From assembly GCA_951406725.2 (NCBI GenBank), contig OX597828.1, positions 32,550,001-32,614,000 of the forward strand: a stretch of 64,000 nucleotides of DNA, read 5' to 3'. Made by a program: the position numbers and the translations under genes. This document shows, one piece after another, positions 13,224 to 25,974 of the stretch. This stretch comes from Octopus vulgaris (lineage: Eukaryota). Position 1 is the first letter of the stretch; each line of letters opens with the position of its first letter. Below the pieces are notes generated by a model. That model did not search any database and had not been told where the DNA came from. It worked only from the letters and a program-made list of their open reading frames with translations.

Positions 13224-13226
<3 letters not shown>
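12879..13226. mobile_element. Fold-back (inverted) pair of PLE-type pseudo-LTR segments between (TA)n tracts
   Basis: Arms 12976-13097 and 13113-13226 are imperfect reverse complements. Same family as 29900-30130. Confidence 0.75.
13114..13192 (+). ncRNA. Minimal type I hammerhead ribozyme-like motif
   Basis: GTGG-CTGAAGA-(t)TGCT...AGCA(t)-GAAA-CGATCG-TA-CCAC: stem I GTGG/CCAC, palindromic stem III, imperfect stem II. Confidence 0.6.
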
Positions 13227-13319
<93 letters not shown>

Positions 13320-13885
13320 TATATATATATATATATATATTGGTTCATGTTGACAGATGAGTGTCGTTCAATCCGCACTCCATCACACAGTACAATCACC
13401 CAACTGATGATCCCTTAGATGACTTTAACATCTGCTGCTGAGTGACAGGGTATAAAACAAAAGTGACAGATATTATTCAAGTTTCTTTCATATTTTTGCC
13501 CTTAGGAATCTGATGCTGTAGGAATGAATTTGTGAAGTATCATATATCTTTAAATCCAGATATTGTGATACATGTTTTTTGATATATGACACAAGTTGTA
13601 AGAGGCGGTTGATGTCCAAAATCATTACCTACCTGAGCATTTCGATTTTCATGTGACTTCATATCATTCACTTATCCTGCTTTTCACAAAAGAACATGTT
13701 CACATATAATACGTATCCAATGTTCACTACTGATTACAGTTGCAATTGTTCCTTTGCAACAGGCCCGTTTAAGTTCAGAGTACTGAAACATATTTTCCTC
13801 CCATTACTGATAAACAGAACTCACTTGAGCTCAACATATATGTATACATACTCACACATACATACACACACACACATACACACAC

Positions 13886-13954
<69 letters not shown>

Positions 13955-15185
13955 TTTGAGAATAGGATACAAAAACATTCCACTATTACAAAGCGACCAA
14001 AGAGATTTAAATTTTCATAAGGTAAAGAAATAGAGAGAACATTCCATTCCAAATTAAATTGTTTATTATGATGTTTTCGATACCAAATTTATTTAGTAAG
14101 CCCGGTATTGTTATGTTTATTGATATGCCTAAATGTTAAGTAAGGATTAGATATTCTTTTGGACAACCATTCAGCTTCTGAATTCCAAAAACATTGTTTA
14201 AATCTAAAAACAATCCTCCTCCTAACCCCAAATCGTGACGAATGGGAAATTCCACCGTTCCTCCTAAGAAATAAACATCTAAAGTATCTTTACAATATAA
14301 CCAAAGAGAGAGCCTTGTATTACTAACATTACGTTTCCTCTGTACAGTTTTGCTGTCGGTGTATTTTAATGTGTTTTATATTTTTCATAAATGTAGAGTT
14401 TCTACAGACTTTTACTTATAACAAACATATCGGATGAGATACATTACATTTATATAATATTTATTTCGGAAGAGAGTGTAGCTGGGAATTGATAAGATAT
14501 AGAAAGATATTCAGAAATAGGAGGTGCTAATTTATGTTGATTTTAAAAAAGGTGTTTGAGATTTGTCCTTTGTGCAGCCTTCTACGCTTAATGATTTTTA
14601 AACACGATTTTAAACAGACACGAAGCGAAAAACGCCATAAAGGTAACGATAGCGTAACATCTATTGAATATCAGTGAGTCGACCTAGGTACATGCATGAT
14701 AGGTTGTATTTTTACACCACAAAGCGATGAAAGCTGAAATTATGCCTCGCGCTATTAGATTCATTATGGAGAAGTATTAAGGTATATTTCTGTAAATCAT
14801 ATACTACACTGATTAACTGCTTCCAGCAAATTTTCACCTTTAGTAATTTTATTACATTTGGCAACCTAGAATTCTACTTTATTTTAATAATTCTCTTGAA
14901 TTTAATTTATCTAACATCACACAGCTACAAGCTATGTCACATCAATTTATAATTCTCATGTAAATAGTTTCTCTGCTTGTCTAAATATATTTCTATTTAT
15001 AGCGAAGTCGATGTTGTTATGAACAAAATTATAATAATCGCAAAATTCCAGTAAACATCAAAAGTTAGGATTCTGCATATACCCCGGGGCCACAGCAATG
15101 TCTGGGAATGCAGCAAAAACACGTTGGATTCACAAGAAGAAAAAAAGAATGCATGAATGAATGGACGAATTACTGAATAAAAGTG

Positions 15186-15435
<250 letters not shown>

Positions 15436-15980
15436 AATGCCCCGATGCAGTACCAGGCAGTGGCTTTCATGGTTTCTCATTTTAACTGATTGGAAGTGTT
15501 ATCAAGTATATTGTTTTGTCTTGGAATAAAATATGAGCTACAACAAACATTCTGCTCCATACTACAGATTTGCTTGTCTGTTGCTTGACCAGAACCAGAT
15601 GAGTTTGTCTCTTGGTGGGTGACAATATGTGCATCTCTGATCACGAGCCGAAGTAGTGGGGGAGCATCATAGGCATTGTTTGGGGTTTGAATAATTCACC
15701 TCTGGGAACATGGGTGTTTCGTTCAACATCCTGAAACAAACCTTATTCACGGAGCTTTTTAGGCAGGATAAGTTACTCGACCTGAACAAAATTGTAACTG
15801 AGCCACACCTGCAAGGTCATGCGTTGTTATTCTTGATATGAGATCTCTATGACGTGCACATATGGTTGTTATGCATGTGCCTGATGTACCCTTATCAGAC
15901 AGGTAGTCATGATGGGTATACTGGGTTTCGTATATTTTACCCCGGTATCCCTTTCATGGCATGCTCTGCTCTCTCACTTA
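15436..15980. mobile_element. Unclassified ~545-bp non-coding insert between trinucleotide microsatellites
   Basis: Complex, relatively GC-rich block sharply bounded by (AAT/AAG)n and (GAT)n. No protein motif seen. Single copy in this window. Confidence 0.45.
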
Positions 15981-16021
<41 letters not shown>

Positions 16022-16075
16022 AATGATGATGACGACGATGATGATGATGATGATGGGGATGATGATGATGATGAT
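15981..16075. repeat. (GAT)n microsatellite
   Basis: Direct reading. Confidence 0.97.
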
Positions 16076-19000
16076 ATAACATACAATAAAGTATCCTGGC
16101 AAGAAAAAATTGTGTATCGAAATATCGACACCAAGATGCGATTTTTATATAGATTTCATTTGTAATACACTAATACATTGATTTTTATACTGTTATATAT
16201 ACGTGTGTGTATGTGTGCGTGTGTGTGTATTTATGTTTTCTGTTTTACTCTACAAATCTTTACTTTAATCCCTTTATTGAGTTTACCCAAACATATAGAG
16301 CACATGTGACAAAATTATAATTATTCACAACAGAGCACCTTACAGCACAATCCACTATGTGGTGCGAAACACACACAGACACACACACACACATATACAC
16401 ACATATATACACACATACGTATATACACACACATACTAACATGTGAATGTGTGCATGTGCGAATGTTTAAGTAATTTATGTCGACAAAAAATATTTTTAC
16501 TATTTTATTAGCAACAGAAATTTATTTAAAACGTACGCAAATGATTTTTTAGTTGACGTCGTAAGTAGTTATTAAAAACAAAAATATTTTATGGAAAGTG
16601 AGTGCAAGGATAGAATTTTTTTCATGCGCAATAACGAACATTCAAAAAATTACGATGCAAAATAGATGCCGAAGAATATAACCTTAGCTAGAATGCGATA
16701 TGTTACCTCACTCCCACTTATAGCCATCCAATCTCAACGTTAGGTCCCTGGAAGTTACACATTTATTAGTTTTGATTGACAAATATTATATTCGACTTCT
16801 AGGATGAAGTTCTTACACATATTCAGGTTGAAGAACACATAGTAGAGTTTCTAACGTTAGAATTTTATTAAGCAGCAAACCTGTCAAATATTGATATCCA
16901 TTTAGTAAATAATTGCATGGACATTATGCCATTTACATTCTGAATAGCAATGAAATGAAAGTCAAGTGATTAAGTGTAAAACAACATGGATTGCCGTTAA
17001 AATAAACGGACGCTAATTACGATCGCATCCGCTTTATTTTGAGAAAGCGCCTACGATCTTCAAATATATATCATTTCGGTTCCATAGAAGTCATTATAAA
17101 AACAAAGTTATAAAAGAAATCATCATTTCATATTCATTAGGTCGATGACCTGGCAGAATTATTAGCGCATCCGACAAAAAATGTACCATCGTTAATTCCG
17201 GTCTTTCACATTCAGTTCAAATGCAGGCAAGGTCGACTATATTTTTTATCGTTTTGGGGTCTATAAAATCACTACCAATTGCGGACACGTACGAAAAAGT
17301 TGACCCCAGTCCATAGTTTTCAATCAGATGTTTCGTTTAGCAATAACCTTGACCCAATCGCTAATATACAGGTACATAAATAATCCCGTTACCAAACAGT
17401 GGTTTATAAGCTCTAATACGAAAGCACTCATACACTCACACACACGAGTATATATATATATATATAAAACTTTGATAGGCTTCGGCCAGTATAGGCCCAG
17501 GCTATGTCTAACTCATATAGTTAGATATGTTCCACCTGGTATATATATACGATGGTTTTCTGAAAGACATATTCGATCCCAAGTAATCGGTCACCCCAGT
17601 GTTACGGTAGGAGACTACAAGGCACTTACTCAAGTACAATGCGGTGTGACTGAATCCGAAACCACATGCTTGCAGAGAGAGGTTCTTAATCACAAAGCCA
17701 TGCCTTTTTTCGAGAATTTCTATTCTCAGACAGATGAAGCATTTCTGTGTGTGTGTGTGCGTGTGTGTTTGTGTGTGAGTGTGTGTGTGTACGGGTGTGT
17801 GTACGTGTGTGTGTGTGCGTGTATATGTGTGTATATATTTGTTGGTGAGACTGGTATGATAGGTGCATGTGAGTTACGTTTGGCAAAATAAACTATTTTT
17901 TTCTCTTAATGAACTGAAAATGGCTCCGAATGTGGGTTGAATGTGTACTTTATCATTTAGTGACTGAAAACCATGCGCTTACGCAGCGACAGGACTCGTG
18001 ATCTGAACGCAATCAGAAGTAGAACTATATGCAATTCTGATAGCATAAAACTTATTTCGTTACTTGTAAATGTAACTGAAATAGAACATTGCATGATTTG
18101 AAAAGATTACAAGAACTTAGTAATTCTTTAGTGTATTAGAGGCATCTTTACAATTATTTTCTTTCCCTAATAAACATATGATAAAATAAGATCTCATTAT
18201 TTACATAAAGAACCATTATTTTTTTCTAACATATCCTGATCAAAGCTGTTCTCTGAATGTGGATTCGACTAAAAAAAGAATAATTAAGAGTTACATCAAA
18301 AGGAATAGTCTTTCTTTGAAAATAAAATATAAAATTACATGATAAGGGATGACTGTCTTAGTAATTACTTTTTTCCAATGACTGATTTAATTAAATACAA
18401 GAACAGATCATTTATCTACTGGTATCGTATCTGTATGATACAGAGTTCTCGCGGAATGAGCGAAAGAAAAAAAAGGACATTTATTACCATAGTAAATGTA
18501 TGAAACAAAAGAGTCATTTTTTACCCTGGTACTTAGTAGTTAAAGAATAACATATAAAAATACCCGCTTCTAATGAATATTTGCCAATACAATGTTATAT
18601 TTGCTTTTATTTGAGAGCGATGAAGTAAAATTGAAAATGTAAATGGTGTCCTTTTTACTCTTTTTTTTGTTTTGTTTATCCATGAATATCGAATGCATTA
18701 ACTTCGCATCGGTCTACTAAATATGAATATTGAACTCAAATATAAAATTCGCCAATTATGTTCAAAGGAATCATTGAAAACTGTATTGGATTACCACAAA
18801 TGTATTGTATATCGTCACGGCTCAAAGGTCCTTTTGCTTGAATAAGAGTAATAATGGGGGAAAAAAAGCCTATGGCGAAACAATTGATTTTTTTCGGGAA
18901 AAACTATGGATATCTCGCTTTTATGAAGTGAGAATTTTCATCGAACCCATTTCCTTGCACCGAGAATAGAAATTGTTGACAGACATAAAAGAGAACGTAA

Positions 19001-19625
19001 ATTGAAAACAATGAGCGGTTTGTGCGTATGTGTGTAGCGGAGAGAGTCAGAGGATGAAATACGGGAATAAGAGGCAGAGAGATGTAATGAGAGAGAGGGA
19101 GAAGCAGTGAGAGACATTTATTGAGGAGCTGAGTGCATGTGAATGGTCTTTGTAATAGAGAAAAATGCACTACGTAAAATGGATCGATGTTTGGTATTTT
19201 ATTGGGAAATGGAAAATTTGTTAAGAATATTATCATAAGGCTATCGGAGTAAATAGGACTATAATGAAAATTCCAAGAATATGATGGAAGCTATTAACAT
19301 TGCAGACCTTGTGTAAATTACATATATTAAAGGGTAGGAACATAAAAATATATAGACATGAAATGGGATTTAAATCATGTATCCACAGAGTTTGATGTAA
19401 CTGACATTCTGAAATATATATAGATATATACACGTGCACACACATGTACATAGACACACGACATGCACACGTATGTATACACGGAATATAGTGCACTGAA
19501 ATATATCATGTGATATACACAACATAATGCAGTTACAAACACTGCAAGCAAACGCCCACGTCAGCGCACATTCACGTGTGCACACACATGATCCACAAAT
19601 AAGCATGTAAATATAGATTTGCATG

Positions 19626-19671
<46 letters not shown>

Positions 19672-20595
19672 CATATTTATATATATATATGCGTGTGGGT
19701 GTGGGTGGGTGTATATATATATATAAATGTATGTATGCACATCTATATCTATTTATATGTATACGTATATATATATGTATGCACAGACACACAAAAACAT
19801 ATTTGGATAGATAGATATATACAACCATACATACATACATACATACATACATACATACATGCCTACATACATACATACATGCTTGCCTACATGCAAACAT
19901 ACATACATACATACATGGATAAGCACGTACATATATAAAAGATAGAAAATCAGGTATAGATATATGGCCACGTGCGCATGCGTGTGTATAAATATTAGAG
20001 TCATATATGTATATTATTTTGGGCAATCTCTTGATGCTTTCACTTTCACCTGTGGATACACAGGATTTTCAGGCAAGTTATGATTGTATAACTGACCCGA
20101 AAACCCATAGCGCCTAAAGACAAAACAGATTACTAAGGGAATGGACCAATATAAGATATGTTAATCTCTACAATGATATTAAGAACTCTTTTTTACCGAC
20201 AGTTAATACTAAACGGATGTATATGTGTTTTGTGTATATGTGTGCGTTTGTGCGTGTGCGTGCGTTCATGTGTGTGGTCTAATTTTGCTTAATGACAAAA
20301 AGAAATGAATGAAAGTGAAAGGAGAACGCAACTTGTCCTTTGCTACAAGTTCATAAAGTAGAGATATTGATAAATGTTTCTTCTTAGTATTGTTGAAACC
20401 GGTGTATAGACGTGTATATTCATATGCAGTTGAGTGCAGCTACAAATGCTGCCTCAAAACTTTGGTTGATGACGTTTTTATCCGAACAATAATGATTTCG
20501 CCTAAAACAGTGCAATGAGTATGATATGCAAAAACGTGTAATATCTGTTGATTTATTTCTGAAACCTTCATTTAAACCAATTTTATAGTTACATA

Positions 20596-20972
20596 CACAA
20601 CCGTCAGAAATTAATTAGCACCCTTGATTTGCTCTTCACTCAAGGTATGTGCTGTCACCTAGTGGCCATATCTCGAACTATTTCTTTGTTGCGAGTTCAC
20701 TGTTGCGCAGAACGATGACGTAACTTTGTTTGCAGAGCAGTTTGAGAGTCTACAGCCTTATGATGTTGACATAGCAGTGCAACAAATTGGAGTGCGGATG
20801 CAGACAAATCTTCCTTTGTTTAATAGATATAGGTAGCGCCTCGCAAGGACCGAAATCACACCATACTAAGTTTTCTCATCGCGTAAGACGTTTTGAACAG
20901 CTCATAGGTTAATTGATTTAACCTATTTAATGTAGAACTTTTAGAAGTGCTAATTAATTTCTAACGCAAGTG
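20596..20972. mobile_element. Tc1/mariner-type MITE (377 bp)
   Basis: TA|CACAACCGTCAGAAATTAATTAGCAC ... GTGCTAATTAATTTCTAACGCAAGTG|TA: about 26-bp imperfect TIRs, TA on both sides, no ORF. Confidence 0.8.
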
Positions 20973-21649
20973 TATATATCAGCCTTACTCTCTGGCAGAA
21001 ACCTAACGAATGAAATACATATAGATAACAATAGTACCATATGGCGAAAGCAAAGCTGTTTGTTTAAACGTCGATTCCTCGAGCATTCTGTACTTGGCTC
21101 AATTGTACACTAATTTACTTTGAGAATGGGGCATGTAATGTAGCTTCGAACTAATCAACGTTTTATTACAGGAATTTGTAATGCGGAAAATGTGCGAATA
21201 TCCTGCCTTATAAACGTGTATGTGAGTATAAGATGGATAAAGTTTGAGGCGTTGAAATCTGTAAAATGTAATTTAAATATTTGACACAGAAATACCTAAA
21301 TAAATCACACTGCAATTTGAGGGAGACTTAGTTATACTTTCATGCATATACCGTCTTCATTGGGTTGAATGTGATTGTTAGTGTGATTGGTAGTGGCAGT
21401 GAAGATGTTGGGGGTAACGACGTTGATAGTAACGTTGCTACTATTGGAGGTGAACGTGCTGCTGTACAGATCCTGATGGTGGTGATAATAGCAATGCATA
21501 TGTTGTAGTGCTGGTATATGATACTAGTTCAGTAATGATCGAGCATATCTCGGGTCGACGGAATTCTATCTATGATGAAATTCTCTTTTACTTAAATGGA
21601 ATATCTGAGACCAAACTATAGAACATTTTGCAAAATGCAATAAAGAGGT

Positions 21650-21863
21650 TCAACTGAAATTCCTTGTACGCTGAGTTACAATATAAGCGCTCATCGTTAT
21701 TCCGTTGATGATGTGGTTGTTCTTGCCCCTTGAAGATTCTGATGAATTGTGCTTATTGTTCTTCTGTAACTGTTTTCTCACAACTTCAATAACATCGAAC
21801 TTGCCGCTGTTTGAAAGACTGTTTTTTGATCCTACTGATCGTGTAATGTCATGGGTGGAATCA
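21650..21863 (-). CDS. Candidate terminal coding exon of an unidentified host gene
   Basis: TTATTCCAG acceptor, then 70 sense codons (DSTHDITRSVGSKNSLSNSGKFDVIEVVRKQLQKNN...RTRNFS*) in non-repetitive sequence. No family recognised; polypyrimidine tract is weak. Confidence 0.25.
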
Positions 21864-22353
21864 CTGGAATAATCTGATTATGTTCACTCCATGTGAATAC
21901 AAGCTTACTTCGCAAAATAGACTAATTAAAGACATGCCTGTTTAATTCATCTGGGTATTTACTGAAGGGAACTGAATCGGAACATTGGTCTGTAACTAAT
22001 TACATTTAGTTTGACAGGAAATTTGATATAGGCCTGTAAAATCAAATGTTTTATATAGCTGTAAGTTGCCTTAGCAGTCGTTAAAGAGTGAATGAAATAA
22101 AACGTGAGTAAAATTTGACAAGATTATATATTCAACTAACGAATGTATTAGAGATGTTAAGAAATGAATGAAATCGATTATACAATGATTTCTTTATGCG
22201 TGAAATAACAAAAAGAGAATAGTAAGCCACTGTTAATTTCCATACGTTTACTGTTACATGTAAAGGATAATTAAATGATAACCACAAGGTTCAATTTGGT
22301 CAATGAATATCAACTCAAATTTGAAACTATTATATACTTTCAAGTGAAAGAAG

Positions 22354-22447
<94 letters not shown>

Positions 22448-22473
22448 TAATAATAGTAATAATAATAATAATA

Positions 22474-22526
<53 letters not shown>

Positions 22527-22551
22527 TATAATAATATTAATAATAATGATA

Positions 22552-22582
<31 letters not shown>

Positions 22583-22602
22583 TGATAATAATAATGATGA
22601 TG

Positions 22603-22686
<84 letters not shown>

Positions 22687-22704
22687 TTGATATTAATAAT
22701 AATA
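22354..22704. repeat. Long imperfect (AAT)n microsatellite
   Basis: Direct reading. Confidence 0.98.
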
Positions 22705-23809
22705 AAACAAGCCATGTTCTTCAATAGAGATATTCTTAAATTGTATTGACAATTAAGTGCCACGATGAATGTCACACTTCTTAATACTTTTATTTGTGTC
22801 AGCCTCTACCCTTAATGATTGGGTCATTTTTTGATTAAGGTTAGACAACTTGCGGCAAAGGAGGAAAGATGAAAGATATATTGAATGGCTAATTAATTAA
22901 GGCATTTATAGAATGTTTGGAGTATTCGATTGATGTGTCACACAAATTCCCATAATCACGATTAATAAATTTAGTTATATGTTAATGTATCCAAACTATC
23001 AGCCTTTCTATTTCTCCTTTTACCTTATGCTGTCTCTTTCATGTCAAGATAGCCATTGTGTTTTCATTATGGCGTGAGTTAAACTCCATCTTCAATAATA
23101 AGTCAAGAATGAAGTAAACAACACGCATATAGATATACGAATCGTGATAGACAACGAAACGTTTTGTAATCCGACTGATGAAGGATTTTACTTCAGTAAT
23201 TATTCGATATAAAACGCCTTGTAATTTGATAGATTATACATTTTAGTCATATCATATTTCCAGCATGCAAACCGTTTCTCTGATTATCATTTAATATTTT
23301 CATTTGAGTAGGCACAGTGCCAATTTGTATGGCAGAAAGATCAAGTTGATTGATTCGAACTAGTAACAAATCAAAGCCGACCTCGATGAAATTCAATCTT
23401 AGTATCCAAATGCGGTGTTATTTACCAAGCTTAATTATTGATTTAAGATTTGGGATTTATGATATATACGTTTATTCAAAATGGACTGCGAAAAATTTAT
23501 AACAAAAACAATGCGTACGGTGAATGCACGATATTATGATATTTTGTTTTCCTTTTATACAGGTTGGTACATCCGTAGTTAACTTATATCCTGTTGCTTA
23601 AAAGTGAATGGAAAGTGGTTGTATTGAAAAACAAACCTAATTTTAGAAGGTTATTGACACACTCCAATATATGGTTCTGTTATGTTTTTAAGAGAAAATT
23701 CTAGAGTAAAAATTTGATGATTCCCAAAAGATGCAACAGTCTTAATTCCATATTGATTCTGTGTCAATATGTTTAGAGTGTAAGACGTTGTAAGGTGGTG
23801 TAATAGGTG

Positions 23810-24025
23810 TAAGATGGCGAGCAAGCAAAATCTTTAGCGCGCTGGCAAAATGCTGAATGGTAGTGCATCCTTCCTTGCGTTCTGAGTGCAAATTCCACAG
23901 AGGGCCACTTTGCTTTTCATCCCATCGGGATCGATAAAATAAGTACCAGTTGAGTACGGAGGTCGATAGAATCGCCTTACATGTTTCCTCTGAGGCTTCT
24001 GGCCTTGTACAAATATTTGAAACCA
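23810..24025 (+). mobile_element. Diverged family-A SINE
   Basis: CGTTCTGAGTGCAAATTCC...TTTCATCCCATCGGGATCGATAAAATAAGTACCAG...GGCCTTGTACAAATATTTGAAACC. Confidence 0.75.
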
Positions 24026-24506
24026 TTGTTATCTGATTGTTACTGTAGACGATATGTGACCGTTTCATAACCGTTTCATAAAAAACAAGCAACTTCTCAT
24101 GCGGGTGATTGAACCTTTAAAGCAAATGATTGTCTACCAGATGACATATGATAGGCAAAAGACAAAACCTCTCACAAACCACTACCCATGGCACAGAGGA
24201 TACTATTTTGAGCAAAAATACACTGAAGATTTTCATATAGATACAACATCACCATTTAGAGTAACTAGAGAATTAATTGGTTACGTTAGCATGTATATAC
24301 ATATATATATAAAACTCTTTCAATCATCAGCCTGAGGCCATACTGGGGCACTGACTTGAATTTGTAGTCGAAGGATTCGATCCCAGTACTTATTTCTTAA
24401 GCCTAGTATTTATTCTTTACCGAGACCCTAATTTACGGAGACGTAAAAACAACACAGGTTGTCAAGTGGTAATGAGAGCGGATAAAGACAGACGCTCACA
24501 GACATG

Positions 24507-24539
<33 letters not shown>

Positions 24540-24771
24540 GTATATGTGTGTATATGTATATATATATTATTATTAAAAAGTAAGGGACTACCCTAAAATG
24601 ATTGCCAGTTTCCTCTCAGTTTCTTAGGAGAACTTCGTAGGATTTATACGTTAACTGTTGAATAGCATATTCTGAATACCTAACTGAGAGCAAACTGGTT
24701 ATAATTTGGGGATACGATAAGCATTGAAGCAGCCTTGAAGGACATTCCACTACCACCAAGGAACGAATATA

Positions 24772-25970
24772 TCAGGCCATCCCATAAGTTCTGTCCAATT
24801 TTACATTTTTTTAAAAATTGCATGAAATTTGATAGTATTTTAGAATGTCTAATGGAATTAAAAATTATTTTTATACATTTGTGTATGTCTAAACTAATTA
24901 ACTATTATTTTACAGAATAATATAATTCAAATTCCTTTGATTAAAACCCTTTCTACCATGGAAGTATCCAAAGAGCATTTGAGGCACATAATGCTTTATG
25001 AGTACACTCAGTTTATGGGAAAGAATGCGTCAATGAAAGAATTTGGAGAAATAGAGATTTCAGCCTTCATGATGAAGATCGAACAAGGAGTCCAATTGAG
25101 TTTGATGATAAACTCTTTGAGGCATTACTTGGAGAAAATCCAGCATTACCAGTTGATGTATTGGCAATAAAAGCTTAGTTCAAACCATACAACTGTTCAT
25201 CTTCATCTTCAACAACTTGGAAAGATTCCTATTCTTGGAAAATGTGTTCCTCATGAATTATCCGAATGCAACCTTAAATCCAAAGTTAATATCTGCTCTT
25301 CTCCCCATTCTCGCGAACTCATTTCACCCTTTTTCGATAGACTTGTGACTTGTGACGAAAAATGGATCTTCTATCGAAATGTAAACATCATAAAGATTGG
25401 CTTAGTAAGAGAGGAAAATGCTCATCCACGACAGACAAGGGAGATTCAAGGAAAAAAGTTCTCTCTATCTGGTGGGATTGCAAAGTAGTAATTCACTTTG
25501 AATTGTTACCACCTAATGCAACAATCAATGTTCAAGTCTACTGTCAGCAATCAGAGCGTGTGAACCAAGCTTTGAAGAGAAAATACCCGCTTTAGTGAAT
25601 CGAAAAGGAGTGATGTTTCATCAGAACAACGCACGACTCCACACTGCAAAGATTACATCACACAATTCCTCATCCACCTTATTCTCTCGACGTTGCTCCT
25701 TCAGTCTACCATTTGTTTCTTAGTTTACAGCATCATTTGCGGGACATAAATTTCGGAAGCCAAGAGGAGGTCGAAACTGACATTTCAGAGTTCTTCGCTT
25801 TGAAACCAAAAGAGTTTTACAGTGACGAAATTCAAAAGCTTGTAAATAGATGGAAGGATGTCATTGAAAATCAGGGAAAGTACATTGATGGTTAAATTTC
25901 ATTTTAACATAAGATTTGATCACTTGTTTTCTTTATTCAAAATTCAGACAGGACTTATGGGATGACCTGA
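24772..25970 (+). mobile_element. Mariner (DD34D) transposon, decayed, both TIRs present
   Basis: TA|TCAGGCCATCCCATAAGTTCTGTC ... GACAGGACTTATGGGATGACCTGA|TA. Fragments: MEVSKEHLRHIMLYEY, KCVPHEL, TCDEKWIFY, VLSIWWD, HQNNARLHT, PHPPYSLDVA, NQGKYIDG. Confidence 0.95.
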
Positions 25971-25974
25971 TATT

